DNA of 64,000 nucleotides from Candidatus Tenderia sp. (GCA_031416075.1 JANOSY010000073.1:1-64000), one strand, 5' to 3'; positions 52,079-62,870 are shown, numbered from the stretch's first letter. Notes: generated from the sequence alone by a model not told the origin. Numbers and translations: made by a program.

Positions 52079-52969
52079 TCACGGCTCTACCGGGTCAGCG
52101 GGGTGGATTTTGGGTTCCTGGTAGGCGGTGTTGATGGTATACCCCTGTGCCGCCAGGGCTTTTTCCTTGGCGTAACGTTCCCGTTTCATCCCTTTAATCT
52201 TCTCAACCCAAAGGGTTTGCCACTGCTCACGCTGTTCACCGGCAAACTGCCGTTTGGCCTCTTCCACTTTACTATTGATAGAGAAGCTCAGCAGATAGGC
52301 ACCGGGTTTATCGGGGTCCATCCGTTTAATGTCGCGGCGGATGGCAAGCGTCATAAACAGGTCATCGGCATAGAGGTACCAGGTACCTTCAACGGACATC
52401 CACTCCTCCAGGGTGGGGACGTAATCAACGGGAAGTCCCAGCCCCATGCTCTCTTCGGCGACATAATGGTAGGCCTCTTCGCCACTCAGCCTAGGGTCGT
52501 CATAAAAGAGATTCTGTTTCCACCCCGCCTTAAGCAGTTTCTGCAGGAACAGAATGAGATGTTTTCTGGCATCGTCGTGGGAGATGAGACCTGTAGGGGT
52601 AATACTGGCAGATATATGGAATTTATATATTCCCTCTTGCGGATTGCTGAGATCTTCCGTGCCCATCACACCAAGCGCCCGGGGGACATCAAAGCTATGC
52701 TCCCCATGCTCGAGGTAGACGGTGCCAGGTTTTTTTGTCTCCCAATCGAGGCTATAGAAATTGAGGCCAGCGGGCTGGCGGTCGATGTTGTTGCTGTCCA
52801 GCCCGGTACGTTCGAGGAACTGGGGGCCGGTTTCACCAATCCTGATACGGATGCTGGTCGGTTTCATGGTGTGCATGGCGTTGTACATGGGTGTCTCTCC
52901 AGGAGAAGTATTGTTGCAGGCGACTGGCAGCAGCGGAAACAGTAATAGGCCAAGAATCCAGCAGCGCAT
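52079..52969 (-). CDS. lipoprotein, putative T6SS immunity protein
   Basis: MRCWILGLLLFPLLPVAC lipoprotein signal; directly downstream of the putative effector. Confidence 0.6.
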   Translation of the reverse strand: MRCWILGLLLFPLLPVACNNTSPGETPMYNAMHTMKPTSIRIRIGETGPQFLERTGLDSNNIDRQPAGLNFYSLDWETKKPGTVYLEHGEHSFDVPRALGVMGTEDLSNPQEGIYKFHISASITPTGLISHDDARKHLILFLQKLLKAGWKQNLFYDDPRLSGEEAYHYVAEESMGLGLPVDYVPTLEEWMSVEGTWYLYADDLFMTLAIRRDIKRMDPDKPGAYLLSFSINSKVEEAKRQFAGEQREQWQTLWVEKIKGMKRERYAKEKALAAQGYTINTAYQEPKIHPADPVEP

Positions 52970-52970
52970 C

Positions 52971-53984
52971 TCAGTAGACCCAGCGGGCGTCGGGTGAGTC
53001 AACCCAGCGGGCGATGGTGGCTAGTTCGTCCACCATATGGTCTGTTCGTCCCAGCATTAAGTCATGGAACAGTGTAGCTGCCTTCTCAATCCACTTCATA
53101 CGACTCTCAAAATCCTCCACCACCATGTCGTCGGGGGCTACCGATTTGAGTTGTGGATTGCGGGTGGAGCAGGCGTGGGTAAAGACGATCTGGTAGGTGG
53201 GGGCGGCCCAGCGCCAGTAGGTACGTTCCCGTACCAGCCATTTTTTGAAGATGGGGTCTTCGTAGATCAGCGGTTGCAGCACCTCATCCTGCTCATGGTT
53301 GGCGATGGCCATCAGGTGTTTGAGTTGAATGTCTTCTCGTCTTTTTGAAGGGACCATCTTCTCGATCTGCACCACATAGCGGAACCCCTCTATCAAGTGT
53401 GATGTAGCCTGAAAATGGTCAACTTTGTCCAGGGATTTGCTGGCCCAGGGCAGATCATTGACGGCCTGTTTGACTGGCGACTCCAGCTGATTGGCGTGGC
53501 GTTTGTCGATGCAGGCCATGCCGCTGAAGAAGTGGTGTGGATAGTGGTTGTAAAACCAGTGGGCGGGGGCGATGTCGCTGTAGAGCCAGAGGTTGCCCTG
53601 CCCCAGGCCGTTGGCAACCTCCTCGGCATCAAGCGGGGTGATATTGCCAACCAGATAAGCGGACTGTATCTGGAAGGTGTCGAGCAGGCAGGCGACGGTT
53701 TTGCTGGCAAAGGCGGCCAGCGCCATCCAGTAGTAGCGGCCCCGTTTGCTGGGGTCACCGCCCGCCTCTGTCTCCAGATAGAAACGGGCGTAGGTGGCGG
53801 CAATGCGACGGGCGCGGGCGGCATACAGGCCGATCAGCTTGTATTGGCCATTGCCCTTTTTATCCGATAGACGCAGATAGGAGAACTGCTGCGCCTGTGA
53901 CCAGAGCAGGTCGCAGTTGGCGGTGATTGTATGTTGCTTGTTGGGGGCGTCGTTGCGGGCGTTGATCGGGTATTCAAGTGGCAT
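52971..53984 (-). CDS. DUF2515-like protein, putative T6SS effector
   Basis: RRIAATYARFYLE...YWM.LAAFASK.V...GN.WL..DI...H...IA.HEQ..VLQ.LIY motif; between a PAAR-like gene and a lipoprotein gene. Confidence 0.6.
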   Translation of the reverse strand: MPLEYPINARNDAPNKQHTITANCDLLWSQAQQFSYLRLSDKKGNGQYKLIGLYAARARRIAATYARFYLETEAGGDPSKRGRYYWMALAAFASKTVACLLDTFQIQSAYLVGNITPLDAEEVANGLGQGNLWLYSDIAPAHWFYNHYPHHFFSGMACIDKRHANQLESPVKQAVNDLPWASKSLDKVDHFQATSHLIEGFRYVVQIEKMVPSKRREDIQLKHLMAIANHEQDEVLQPLIYEDPIFKKWLVRERTYWRWAAPTYQIVFTHACSTRNPQLKSVAPDDMVVEDFESRMKWIEKAATLFHDLMLGRTDHMVDELATIARWVDSPDARWVY

Positions 53985-53989
53985 TGCCG

Positions 53990-54652
53990 TTACCCCTCCT
54001 GGCCATCTGGGGTGGCACTGAAGTTTTCCCAGAGGATGTAGCAGTCGATGCTCTCATCCTTTTCGGTGGAGGCGATGGTGGTTTTGCCGTAGAGGGTGGT
54101 TTTTTGCGGATTCTCCTGCCCGTCCACGGGCGTGGCGGCGGCCACGGTCTGGTATTTGATCCCCTGCAGGGGTTGCCCCAGCTCATCCACCACCTGAAAG
54201 CGCAAGGTGTAGAGGGGTTCGATCACATCATCGGGGATATCCACCGGCGCGGTGGCGGCACCGTAGGTCATGCCGATGGTATTGCGGTTGTTCATGGTGG
54301 TGGCGTCCATGTGCCGTACTACCCCCTCCCCTTCGGCCTTGACGTCGAAGGAGTAGCTGACAAAGTGGGTTTTGTCGCCGGTGGTGCCGGAGGCCACCCC
54401 GGTGGCGCTGCCTGCCTGGTCGCCGCTGCACCGGGTGTGAATGGAGCTGGCGATGGCGGTGGGGTGGCCGTCGATGGTGACGGTGGTGGTGGCCCCGGCC
54501 AGATCACCCGCCTGGCTGCTGACACCGTAGGGGATCGGCGGGATGCTATTGCCCATGGGGGTTTTGCAGACATCCGGCGCACTGGAGAGTGAGGTATCAC
54601 CACTGCCGACGTGGCTGAAGTTGCGGTTGTTGGCAAATACGCTGCGGGTCAT
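53990..54652 (-). CDS. DUF4150 PAAR-like (PIPY) spike-tip protein with C-terminal extension
   Basis: PDVCKTP...PIPY, S.GD..G...GV.S, S.DVK.EG..VVR..D....N..NT. Confidence 0.85.
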   Translation of the reverse strand: MTRSVFANNRNFSHVGSGDTSLSSAPDVCKTPMGNSIPPIPYGVSSQAGDLAGATTTVTIDGHPTAIASSIHTRCSGDQAGSATGVASGTTGDKTHFVSYSFDVKAEGEGVVRHMDATTMNNRNTIGMTYGAATAPVDIPDDVIEPLYTLRFQVVDELGQPLQGIKYQTVAAATPVDGQENPQKTTLYGKTTIASTEKDESIDCYILWENFSATPDGQEG

Positions 54653-54694
54653 GGAGGCTCCCTGCCTGTTGGTTATCTAGCTGTGGCGAACAGT

Positions 54695-55732
54695 TTATAC
54701 CGCCGTCAGGCAGAGTGCACTCCGATAACCGCCATCGGAAGAGGCATATACCAGGGTGCTGTTATTGCCCCCTGCTTTTATATCCAGCGTCGCCAGACCG
54801 ATAGCCACCGGGGCGGAGGCTGCGCCGATGTCGCCAAAATATTCCGCCGGGCGGTAGATTTTGCAATCAGCGGTGATGCGGTGTTGCAGCCGCTGGCGGG
54901 CGACGGTCAACTCCTTGGTGTAGTGCATCTCGCCATTTTCTGAGCTGTACAGGGCACTGATCATGCCCGCGGTGGCGCTGGTCGCGTGCTGAAAGGCGGT
55001 GGCCAGTGCCTCTGCGGTGTAGGGGGCGCTCCCCAGCAGGTGGCCTGGTTCATAGACGGTGGCGGGCAGGTGCAGCACCAGCTGGCTGTTGGCACGTACC
55101 GCCGCGGGGGCGTGGGGGGAGGTCAGGAGCAGAAACCCAGCCCCTTCCCCCGGTACAAAACCATCAAAATTGCCGTTACCGCTCAGCCGTCTGGTGTCAC
55201 CCAGTATGCCGAGTGTGCGGAGGTCATAAAAGCTGTCGATGCCCCCCACCAGGGCATAGTGTGCGTCGGTGGCACTGAAAAACTTAAGGGCGGTGGCAAT
55301 CGCTTCGATCGACCCGGCACGCCCCAGGCTGATGCAGCGGCTGTTGCCAATATCCAGCATGACACCGGTGGCCTTGGCCAGATGGTTAAGAAAACCCTGG
55401 TTGAGGGCGGTGTGTCCATAATAAGGTTCGGGACCGGCGAGAAAGAGTGGCAGGGGGACGTTGGGCAGTTGTGGTGCCAGATCGGCCAGTGCAAACGCCG
55501 CCAGTCTGAGCAGGCGGATGTGGGGGGGCGACATGCCTGGCAGCCTATCGGGGAGGCGGATTTTCAAGGCCCCCTCCGGCACCGGTGAAAACTGGATGGG
55601 CGGCTCATCTCCACCGGCCAGGGGGCAGTACTGGTAACTGCTGATGCCTGCATCGATGGCTGTCTTGACCATCACTGGATCGGCCCCCAGGGGGGTCAAC
55701 ATGCTCACGCCACTCAGGTATAGCTGCGTCAT
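54695..55732 (-). CDS. beta-ketoacyl-synthase-like (thiolase-fold) T6SS accessory protein
   Basis: GRAG, ALVGGIDS, GFVPGEGAGFLLL, NGE, FGDIGAA; no catalytic Cys evident; typical DUF2169/DUF4150 neighbour. Confidence 0.75.
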   Translation of the reverse strand: MTQLYLSGVSMLTPLGADPVMVKTAIDAGISSYQYCPLAGGDEPPIQFSPVPEGALKIRLPDRLPGMSPPHIRLLRLAAFALADLAPQLPNVPLPLFLAGPEPYYGHTALNQGFLNHLAKATGVMLDIGNSRCISLGRAGSIEAIATALKFFSATDAHYALVGGIDSFYDLRTLGILGDTRRLSGNGNFDGFVPGEGAGFLLLTSPHAPAAVRANSQLVLHLPATVYEPGHLLGSAPYTAEALATAFQHATSATAGMISALYSSENGEMHYTKELTVARQRLQHRITADCKIYRPAEYFGDIGAASAPVAIGLATLDIKAGGNNSTLVYASSDGGYRSALCLTAV

Positions 55733-57012
55733 TGCCCTCTCCTTTGGTAGAGTGTCGCCTTGGCGTTTGGGTAGGCGGCGGCAGGTGCCAGCAGGGCCAG
55801 CTCAATGGCGGCGGCCATCCTGTGGCGCTGCCGTCCGCGCATCAGGATGTACTGAAGCCACTCCGGTTGCGGTGGCCGCCCCAGCAGATAACGCTCCCCT
55901 TTATTAAAGTGCTGGCCTATCTGTTGCCAATGCTGCTGGACTTTGTCTGCGTCTGGCTGGGGCAGGTTGGTATCTTCAGCAAAAATGGGGGATACATCCT
56001 CCATCACTGTCTCATCCAGGGTTTCATTTAGGGGTTCATCAGGCTCAACTGGCGACGGGGCAGTCAGAGACATCTGCAACAGATCAACACCGGTGATGGT
56101 GCTGAACGCCGCCCCTGCCGCCTTGGCGTACTGCGGCAGCTGCATACGCCCCAAGAGCCACTCCATCCCCAGGGGGTCGCCATGGGTGGCCACGGCGGTC
56201 ATCGCCTGCCGTGTCTGCTCCGGGGCCAGTATCAAGCCGTTTAACCATGACCAGAGTGGGGTGTTACGTTTCTGCCGGAAGACCAGATCAATCGCGGCGG
56301 CCTGCCAGGGGCCGGGCTGCATCACGTAAGGTTCAAGGCCCGCCAGTGCACCCTGCTCCCCCAGCAGCAGGGCTGACCAGCCGCCCCAAAAGGCGATGGC
56401 CGGTTCGCTACTGCGCTGGGCATCCATCAGTCGCGGCAGCAGATCGTGACGTTTGATTTCGCCCGCCAGCCGTAACATCCGGCTATACAGGGGGATGTTT
56501 GCCACTGCCTGTTCGTTGTTAAACAACATATCTAAATAGTGAAGCGGGTCCAGACGCCGGACACTACAGGTGGCGATGGCAAGATAGTGGTACATCCCGT
56601 CCGAGTCCCCTATCCATAGCTTTAACCAGGGGTAGATACACGCCTCCGGCAGCCAGCCCAGGGCCGATACCAATCCTTTAAGTGTCTCGCTGTTCTCCGT
56701 GCCGATCGCCAGTGCCGTCTCTATGTTGCCTTGATCGTGGCTGCTGAATGCCAACATCGCCAGAACAAAACATTCACCGCCCTCTTTAAACTCCGCCGCT
56801 TGCAGGGCGTACCCCCACGCCGCTGTCGGCGCAGCCATCAACCCCTTGAGATGGGCGTTAATACGGTGCTCCAGTTTTTCAATGGTGGCGGCCGTAGGGT
56901 CTGTGCCATCGCAGGCCTGGGCGCGCAACATCCAGAGAAACGCGGCGTCGCTGGCGTGCTGTTCAATCACATAGCTAAACAGCGCTGTTTTATCGATAAG
57001 CAGATTCACCAT
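55729..57012 (-). CDS. TIGR02270-family protein
   Basis: VIEQH..DAAFLW..R...LE.R..AHL.GL; AG.AFS.ITG.DL; LP.PD; RYL.G; G.Q..R..AA.EL. Confidence 0.8.
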   Translation of the reverse strand: MVNLLIDKTALFSYVIEQHASDAAFLWMLRAQACDGTDPTAATIEKLEHRINAHLKGLMAAPTAAWGYALQAAEFKEGGECFVLAMLAFSSHDQGNIETALAIGTENSETLKGLVSALGWLPEACIYPWLKLWIGDSDGMYHYLAIATCSVRRLDPLHYLDMLFNNEQAVANIPLYSRMLRLAGEIKRHDLLPRLMDAQRSSEPAIAFWGGWSALLLGEQGALAGLEPYVMQPGPWQAAAIDLVFRQKRNTPLWSWLNGLILAPEQTRQAMTAVATHGDPLGMEWLLGRMQLPQYAKAAGAAFSTITGVDLLQMSLTAPSPVEPDEPLNETLDETVMEDVSPIFAEDTNLPQPDADKVQQHWQQIGQHFNKGERYLLGRPPQPEWLQYILMRGRQRHRMAAAIELALLAPAAAYPNAKATLYQRRGQ

Positions 57013-57016
57013 GGTT

Positions 57017-58012
57017 TCAACGCCGAAGATAGAGCGCGATGGTGCGGATCAGGGGGAAAAGATTGCTGCATGGGTAACAGGCCTTCCAGGTGAACGAGAG
57101 CTGCATAGTATTCAGGTCGATGATGACGGTCTCCATCACAAAGTACAGCGCCTGCTGCGGCTGCCGGATGGCTTGAACATTACCCGCCAGGCCGACCCGT
57201 GGTAACAGAAACTGGATCACACCAGAGGGGTGCATGTTATTGAGCACCACCTCTTCTCCACCGGTCAGGGGGCTTTTGCATATTAGCCCCTCTGGCGCAG
57301 CGTTTTGAAAACGCGGCTGGTAATCCAGCGGTAGATAGGGTGCCCGGCTGCGCTGCCACGACTCATCATAGGTACCGGCATAGTCAGCACGGGGTGACCA
57401 GTGTGGTGCAATGAAACCAGACCCCGCAGGGGCGGGCTGGTCATTGAGCTGCTGGATCAGCGCAGCTGGATCTTCAATATTAGGCAGTGGCTGTCCCTCC
57501 ATCGCCGCCGCTGAGCGCCCCCCACAATACCCTTTGCCAACCGGGTTTCTCGGCTCCAGGCTGATCAATATATCCTCCACCCGCACCTCGCCACCAAAGG
57601 CGTTTTCATAACAGATGGGCATCTCGGTAAAGGCCTCTGGCGGGGTGATGCGCCCCTGTCGCCAGAACCGGTCGCCAAATACCCGCAGGCTCTTCTTGCA
57701 GGGGCCAATGGCGAGGGCGACGTCCAGTTGTCGCACCGCCTTACCCACCGCTGCCCAGGCGCTGCCCAACACCGCAATGTCAGTCCCCCGCTTGCCGGGA
57801 TGTACATCACTGGGGTATTTAAGGCTCGACTGCCCAGGTGCCCCCCAATAGATATCCTCACCCACTGGCGCGGGCTGCGGCTGGCTTAATATCCACTCTG
57901 GCCCGATATCAAAGGTCGCTTTAACGTTGACGTACAGGGTATCTATCCCCTGTTCATTAGGTAGCAATACATAGTGGGCCGCAAAAGGGGTACTGTTCTT
58001 TAACGCTAACAT
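57017..58012 (-). CDS. DUF2169 T6SS adaptor
   Basis: N.TPF, VKATF, K..TDI...G.A, L.VFGDR.W, YENAFGG, NPVGKG, LPNIE, YAGTYD..W, G.E...L..MHP. Confidence 0.9.
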   Translation of the reverse strand: MLALKNSTPFAAHYVLLPNEQGIDTLYVNVKATFDIGPEWILSQPQPAPVGEDIYWGAPGQSSLKYPSDVHPGKRGTDIAVLGSAWAAVGKAVRQLDVALAIGPCKKSLRVFGDRFWRQGRITPPEAFTEMPICYENAFGGEVRVEDILISLEPRNPVGKGYCGGRSAAAMEGQPLPNIEDPAALIQQLNDQPAPAGSGFIAPHWSPRADYAGTYDESWQRSRAPYLPLDYQPRFQNAAPEGLICKSPLTGGEEVVLNNMHPSGVIQFLLPRVGLAGNVQAIRQPQQALYFVMETVIIDLNTMQLSFTWKACYPCSNLFPLIRTIALYLRR

Positions 58013-58230
58013 TCCGTTGAGCCTTCTCTCCTGTGGCGGGTAGTATTACCTATCCAGCCGTTTGTTTGCCACATTTCAAAAAACCAAATGGCGCGGCGGC
58101 GTTACTATTCCCCAGCGGTCAATCGTCTCTCACTAAAGAGTCTGGTACTCTTCACCCCATCTATTAACCTGTTAAATAAGTAACACCAACAGAGCCTGCC
58201 ACACGCTCAGGCGATATCTGCGAGGTAAAT

Positions 58231-59571
58231 ATGGAAAAAATCGATACCCTGATTCAAGGACGCTGGGTGATTCCTGTAGAACCACAAGAGGTTGTACATG
58301 AGCACCACGCCATTGCAATTCGCGATGGCCGCGTCATCGACATCCTGCCCACCGCCGTGGCGACACAAAAATATCAGTCCACTACCACACACCACTTTGA
58401 AAACCACGCCCTGCTGCCGGGCATGATCAATACCCATACCCATGCGGCCATGTCACTCTTCCGTGGTCTAGCCGACGATCTACCGCTGATGGAGTGGCTC
58501 AACAACCACATCTGGCCCGCAGAGTCGACCTGGGTGAGCCGTGAGTTTGTGCGGGACGGCAGCCGTCTGGCCATCGCTGAGATGTTGCGCGGCGGTACCA
58601 CCTGTTTCAACGATATGTACTTCTTTCCTGATGAGACCGCTCGGGTAGCGGCTGAGGCCCACATCCGCGCCACTGTCGGCATGATTCTGATCGACTTCCC
58701 AACGGTCTGGGCCAGCAACGCCGATGAATATATCCACAAAGGGTTGGCACTGCACGATGAGTATCGCCACCACCCACTGATCCGCACCGCCTTTGCACCA
58801 CACGCCCCCTATACCGTCTCCAATGCGCCGCTAGAGCGGGTACGGGTTCTAGCGGAAGAGCTGGACATCCCCATCCATATCCATCTGCACGAAACGGCCG
58901 ATGAGGTAAGTGGCAGCCTTAAACAGTACCAACTGCGCCCTATGGCACGATTAGAACAGCTTGGTCTGCTCTCACCACGACTGCTGGCAGTGCACATGAC
59001 CCAGCTCACCGAGAGTGAAATCAGCCGTCTCGCCCAGGCCGGCGGCCATGTGATCCACTGCCCGGAGTCCAATCTCAAACTGGCCAGTGGTTTCTGCCCG
59101 TTGGCCAAGTTGCTCAAGGCCGGTATCAACGTGGCCATCGGCACGGACGGTGCCGCCAGCAATAACGATCTGGATATGTTTAGCGAGATGCGTAGCGCCG
59201 CCTTGCTAGCCAAGGCAGTAGCCCAGGACGCCAGTGCCGTGCCTGCCGCAACCGCCTTAAGCATGGCCACCCTCAATGGTGCCAAAGCATTGGGCATTGA
59301 TAATGAGGTGGGGTCGTTAGTGGTAGGTAAAGCCGCTGATGTTATCGCCGTCGACCTCGGCCAGCTGGAGAGCCTGCCCATCTACAACCCCATCTCACAA
59401 CTGGTCTACGCTACCAGCCGTGACCGTGTCAGCGACGTCTGGATCGGCGGCAAGCAGGTGGTCAGGAGTGGTACACTGACGACCCTGGACGGCCCCGCCA
59501 TCCAGCGCCGCGCCCGTGAATGGGGGGCAAAAATTAACGCTGAAAATCATAAACTAAACCACAGTAGTTAA
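58231..59571 (+). CDS. mtaD: TRZ/ATZ amidohydrolase (5-methylthioadenosine/S-adenosylhomocysteine deaminase)
   Basis: [39 protein letters not shown]; precedes ubiG. Confidence 0.88.
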   Translation: MEKIDTLIQGRWVIPVEPQEVVHEHHAIAIRDGRVIDILPTAVATQKYQSTTTHHFENHALLPGMINTHTHAAMSLFRGLADDLPLMEWLNNHIWPAESTWVSREFVRDGSRLAIAEMLRGGTTCFNDMYFFPDETARVAAEAHIRATVGMILIDFPTVWASNADEYIHKGLALHDEYRHHPLIRTAFAPHAPYTVSNAPLERVRVLAEELDIPIHIHLHETADEVSGSLKQYQLRPMARLEQLGLLSPRLLAVHMTQLTESEISRLAQAGGHVIHCPESNLKLASGFCPLAKLLKAGINVAIGTDGAASNNDLDMFSEMRSAALLAKAVAQDASAVPAATALSMATLNGAKALGIDNEVGSLVVGKAADVIAVDLGQLESLPIYNPISQLVYATSRDRVSDVWIGGKQVVRSGTLTTLDGPAIQRRAREWGAKINAENHKLNHSS

Positions 59572-59582
59572 AGGAATATATT

Positions 59583-60299
59583 ATGACTACCACCCAGCAA
59601 CGGACCAACGTTGACCCCGCCGAAGTGAGTAAATTTGAAGCGCTGGCCTCCCGTTGGTGGGACCCGCAAAGCGAGTTCAAGCCGCTGCATGAGATCAACC
59701 CACTACGCCTCAACTATATAGATGAACGCGCCCACCTCCCCGGCAAAACGGTGCTGGATGTTGGCTGTGGTGGCGGCATTCTGGCCGAGAGCATGGCGCG
59801 GCGTGGCGCGCAGGTCACCGGTATCGATGCGGGGCAGGCCCCCCTGACCGTGGCAAAACTGCACGCCCTTGAGTCCGGCATCCAGGTCCAGTACCGCAAC
59901 ATCACCGCCGAGGATATGGCCGCAGAAGCGCCCGCTAGCTACGACGTGGTCACCTGCATGGAGATGCTGGAGCATGTACCCGATCCCGCCTCGGTCATCG
60001 CCGCCTGCGCCCAGCTGGTAAAACCGGGCGGTCAGCTCTTTTTCTCCACCATCAACCGTACCCCTAAGGGGTATCTGTTTGCCATTCTTGGCGCTGAGTA
60101 CCTGTTGCAGATGCTGCCCAAAGGCACCCATGATTATCACAAGTTCATCCGTCCCCATGAGATGGATAGCTGGATGCGCAGCGCCGGGCTGGAGATGCAG
60201 GATATCTGTGGCATGAGTTACAACCCGCTCACCCGTCGCTACACCCTTGGCAAACAGATCCAGGTCAACTATCTGATACATGCTGTTAGCCCGCAGTGA
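59583..60299 (+). CDS. ubiG: ubiquinone biosynthesis O-methyltransferase
   Basis: NVDPAEV.KF...A.RWWD...[30 protein letters not shown]. Confidence 0.97.
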   Translation: MTTTQQRTNVDPAEVSKFEALASRWWDPQSEFKPLHEINPLRLNYIDERAHLPGKTVLDVGCGGGILAESMARRGAQVTGIDAGQAPLTVAKLHALESGIQVQYRNITAEDMAAEAPASYDVVTCMEMLEHVPDPASVIAACAQLVKPGGQLFFSTINRTPKGYLFAILGAEYLLQMLPKGTHDYHKFIRPHEMDSWMRSAGLEMQDICGMSYNPLTRRYTLGKQIQVNYLIHAVSPQ

Positions 60300-60332
60300 T
60301 CAAGATGAATCATCGTCCGAAATGGATAGCCC

Positions 60333-60583
60333 ATGACCTACGTCAAGTCCAAACAGCGCGTCGCCGACCTTTGCCGAATGGATTTATCTGGGCAAGGGCA
60401 AGTTTCAGCGCCGCGACTTCCGCTTTGACGTGTTCACTGGTTCGTCGGCCTACAGTCAGGAATAATCGCTTTGCCCACCTCGGCAAACACGAAATATGCA
60501 TGCCGACGAAGAGCTACCCGCCGATGACGATGAGCGAGCTGGCCGGTGGCAAAGGGGAATGGCCATGGCGAAAACCAACATGA
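60333..60583 (+). pseudogene. internally deleted N6-methylase-like restriction-modification gene
   Basis: MTYVKSKQRVAD joined out of frame to TFAEWIYLGKGKFQRRDFRFDV, then a stop and frameshift, then FAHLGKHEI..PTKSYPPMT; these match, from memory, the two termini of a small R-M methylase family whose core is missing here. Confidence 0.6.
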
Positions 60584-60764
60584 AAGATGCAACAATAGCT
60601 CTTTAATCTCTATTAAATACGAGGGGTTGGGGTTAAATTATGGCGGATTCGCCACAGTTGGAAACAGGGGTTTCTGATGAGCAAAAACAGCCAGACTACT
60701 CATGGAACCATGAGCACCAAATAATTTCGGCAACATGCCATAAAAAGATGGAACAGGAGTTGTT

Positions 60765-62870
60765 GTGTCACGACTAACCGATTTGATTGCACAAGCCAAA
60801 GCCAAAGACTCCAAACTTGGGGCAGACCTGGACAGGGAGTTCAAGGTTCTGTCTTCGCGTTTGCCTTTCGGCCTGAATTTCGAGCGGCATAGTCCAGAGG
60901 CGGTTGAATTGCCGCTGCGCCCCATTCGCAAGGGCGACAAGGTGCGGGTGCTGCCGGAGCGCGGTTCGACCAAGAGGGGTGACCAGCGACTGTGGCAGGT
61001 CAAGGCCATCTACAAGGCGAGGAAACTGGCCGATTTGGAACTGCTGGGTGCTGCGAAAGCAGAAACGAAATCTGTGGCGCTTGAGGATATGGTGGTTGTG
61101 GCCGAGTTCCGCGACACGATCTATCCGGGCTTGGTGAGTACAGGAAAAGTGGTTCGTGGCGACGACCAGCCGTTTCACTCGGTCATCAATGGCGAGAACT
61201 ACCATGTGCTGAAGGCGCTGACCTATACCCACCGGGGCAAAGTGGACGCCATCTACATCGACCCACCGTACAACACAGGCGCGAAAGATTGGAAATACAA
61301 CAACGACTACGTCGAGGGGGACGACCTTTATCGGCACAGCAAGTGGCTAGCGATGATGGAGCGGCGCTTGCTTGTGGCCAAGGAATTGCTGAATCCTTCG
61401 GATTCGGTGCTGATCGTCACCATAGATGAAAAGGAATACATGAGGCTTGGGCTGTTGCTCGAACAGACATTTCCTGAGGCGCGGATTCAGATGGTGAGTT
61501 CTGTCATCAACCCCAAAGGTGTTCCTCGAGATGGATTTTCCCGTGTGGACGAATACATCTTCGTTGCACAATTTGGTTCGTCGGAGATTGTTGGTGACAT
61601 CAAAGAAGGAAGTGGAGGCACGGAAGTTCGTTGGCGCGGTCTGACAAGAACGGGTGCAAACGGCATCCGCAGTAAGTCACCCGGCGCGTTCTATCCAATT
61701 TTTTTCAACAAGGCCGGCATGATTATCGATGTTGGCGATGCTCTGCCAATCGAGCACGACGCAAGCTCCGTGCCCCCCCGAAAGGGGGTAATTGCCGTGT
61801 GGCCTACACCTCGTCCCGATGGGGAGGATGGGCGATGGTCCGTCGTTCCCGAGCGATTGAGGGAATTAATCAAGATTGGGGCGGTCAGAGTCGGACGCGT
61901 AAAGCCCGACGAAGGGCAATTCCCAATCTTCTACCTCACATCCGAACAGCTTGCGGCAATCGAGTCGGGAAAACTGGAGGTACGAGGTAAATCTCAAAAG
62001 GGCGTACTGCAAGTCTTCTTCCGTGAGGATGGAGGACGGGTTTCCTCGCCTCGAACCGTGTGGGATAAGGTAAGTCATAGCGCGAGTGAACATGGTTCTG
62101 GCCTGCTGAAGGCATTGCTCCCTGGGCGCAAGTTCCCATATCCAAAATCGCTCTATGCGGTTGAGGACGTGCTTCGGCTTGCCGTTCGAGATAAGCCCGA
62201 AGCTGTCATCCTCGATTTCTTTTCCGGCTCTGGCACCACCGCCCATGCCGTCATGCGCCTAAACCGACAGGATAGCGGAAACCGTCAATGCATTTCCGTC
62301 ACCAACAACGAAGTCGCCGCTGATGAGCAGAAAGCGTTGCGCGAACAAGGCTTGCGCCCCGGCGACGCCGAGTGGGAAAAGCACGGCATCTGCGACTACA
62401 TCACCAAGCCGCGTGTGGCTGCCGCGATCACTGGCAAAACACAGGACGGCGAACCGATCAAGGGCGACTACAAGTTCACCGATGAATTCCCGATGGCCGA
62501 GGGCTTTGAGGAAAACGCCGAGTTTTTTACCCTGACCTATGAGGCCAAGGACGCGGTCAACCATAATCTCGCCTATGCCCGCATTGCTCCAATGCTGTGG
62601 TTGCGTGCAGGTGCGCGCGGCAAGCGCATCGACAAGCTGCCTGCCGATGGCTGGGCAGTGGCCGACACCTATGGTCTGCTGACCGAAGTGGACAGAGCCA
62701 CGCCATTCATCAAGGCGGTGAAAAAGGGCAAAGCGTTGCGCGTCGCCTATATCGTCACCGACGACGACCGCCGCTTTCAGGCCATCGCCAAGCGATTGCC
62801 CGATGGCGTGGAGCCGGTGCGCCTGTACGAGTCCTACCTGACCAATTTCAGTTTTACTAACGGGGAATAA
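60765..62870 (+). CDS. mod: type III R-M modification methyltransferase (Mod)
   Basis: IYIDPPYN (motif IV) precedes LDFFSGSGTT (motif I), beta-class N6-adenine MTase with a central TRD. Confidence 0.9.
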   Translation: MSRLTDLIAQAKAKDSKLGADLDREFKVLSSRLPFGLNFERHSPEAVELPLRPIRKGDKVRVLPERGSTKRGDQRLWQVKAIYKARKLADLELLGAAKAETKSVALEDMVVVAEFRDTIYPGLVSTGKVVRGDDQPFHSVINGENYHVLKALTYTHRGKVDAIYIDPPYNTGAKDWKYNNDYVEGDDLYRHSKWLAMMERRLLVAKELLNPSDSVLIVTIDEKEYMRLGLLLEQTFPEARIQMVSSVINPKGVPRDGFSRVDEYIFVAQFGSSEIVGDIKEGSGGTEVRWRGLTRTGANGIRSKSPGAFYPIFFNKAGMIIDVGDALPIEHDASSVPPRKGVIAVWPTPRPDGEDGRWSVVPERLRELIKIGAVRVGRVKPDEGQFPIFYLTSEQLAAIESGKLEVRGKSQKGVLQVFFREDGGRVSSPRTVWDKVSHSASEHGSGLLKALLPGRKFPYPKSLYAVEDVLRLAVRDKPEAVILDFFSGSGTTAHAVMRLNRQDSGNRQCISVTNNEVAADEQKALREQGLRPGDAEWEKHGICDYITKPRVAAAITGKTQDGEPIKGDYKFTDEFPMAEGFEENAEFFTLTYEAKDAVNHNLAYARIAPMLWLRAGARGKRIDKLPADGWAVADTYGLLTEVDRATPFIKAVKKGKALRVAYIVTDDDRRFQAIAKRLPDGVEPVRLYESYLTNFSFTNGE

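Noticed and set aside
54695-55732. Ketoacyl synthase as a sign of a fatty-acid or polyketide cluster
   Set aside because: No catalytic Cys, ACP or other FAS/PKS genes are evident. The DUF2169/DUF4150 context marks it as the T6SS-associated thiolase-fold protein.
60296-60583. 95-aa ORF as a real protein
   Set aside because: Only its last part matches the methylase relic; the other recognisable fragments lie in different frames.
60765-62870. Phase-variable mod (phasevarion)
   Set aside because: No simple-sequence repeat tract was seen in the gene or its upstream region.
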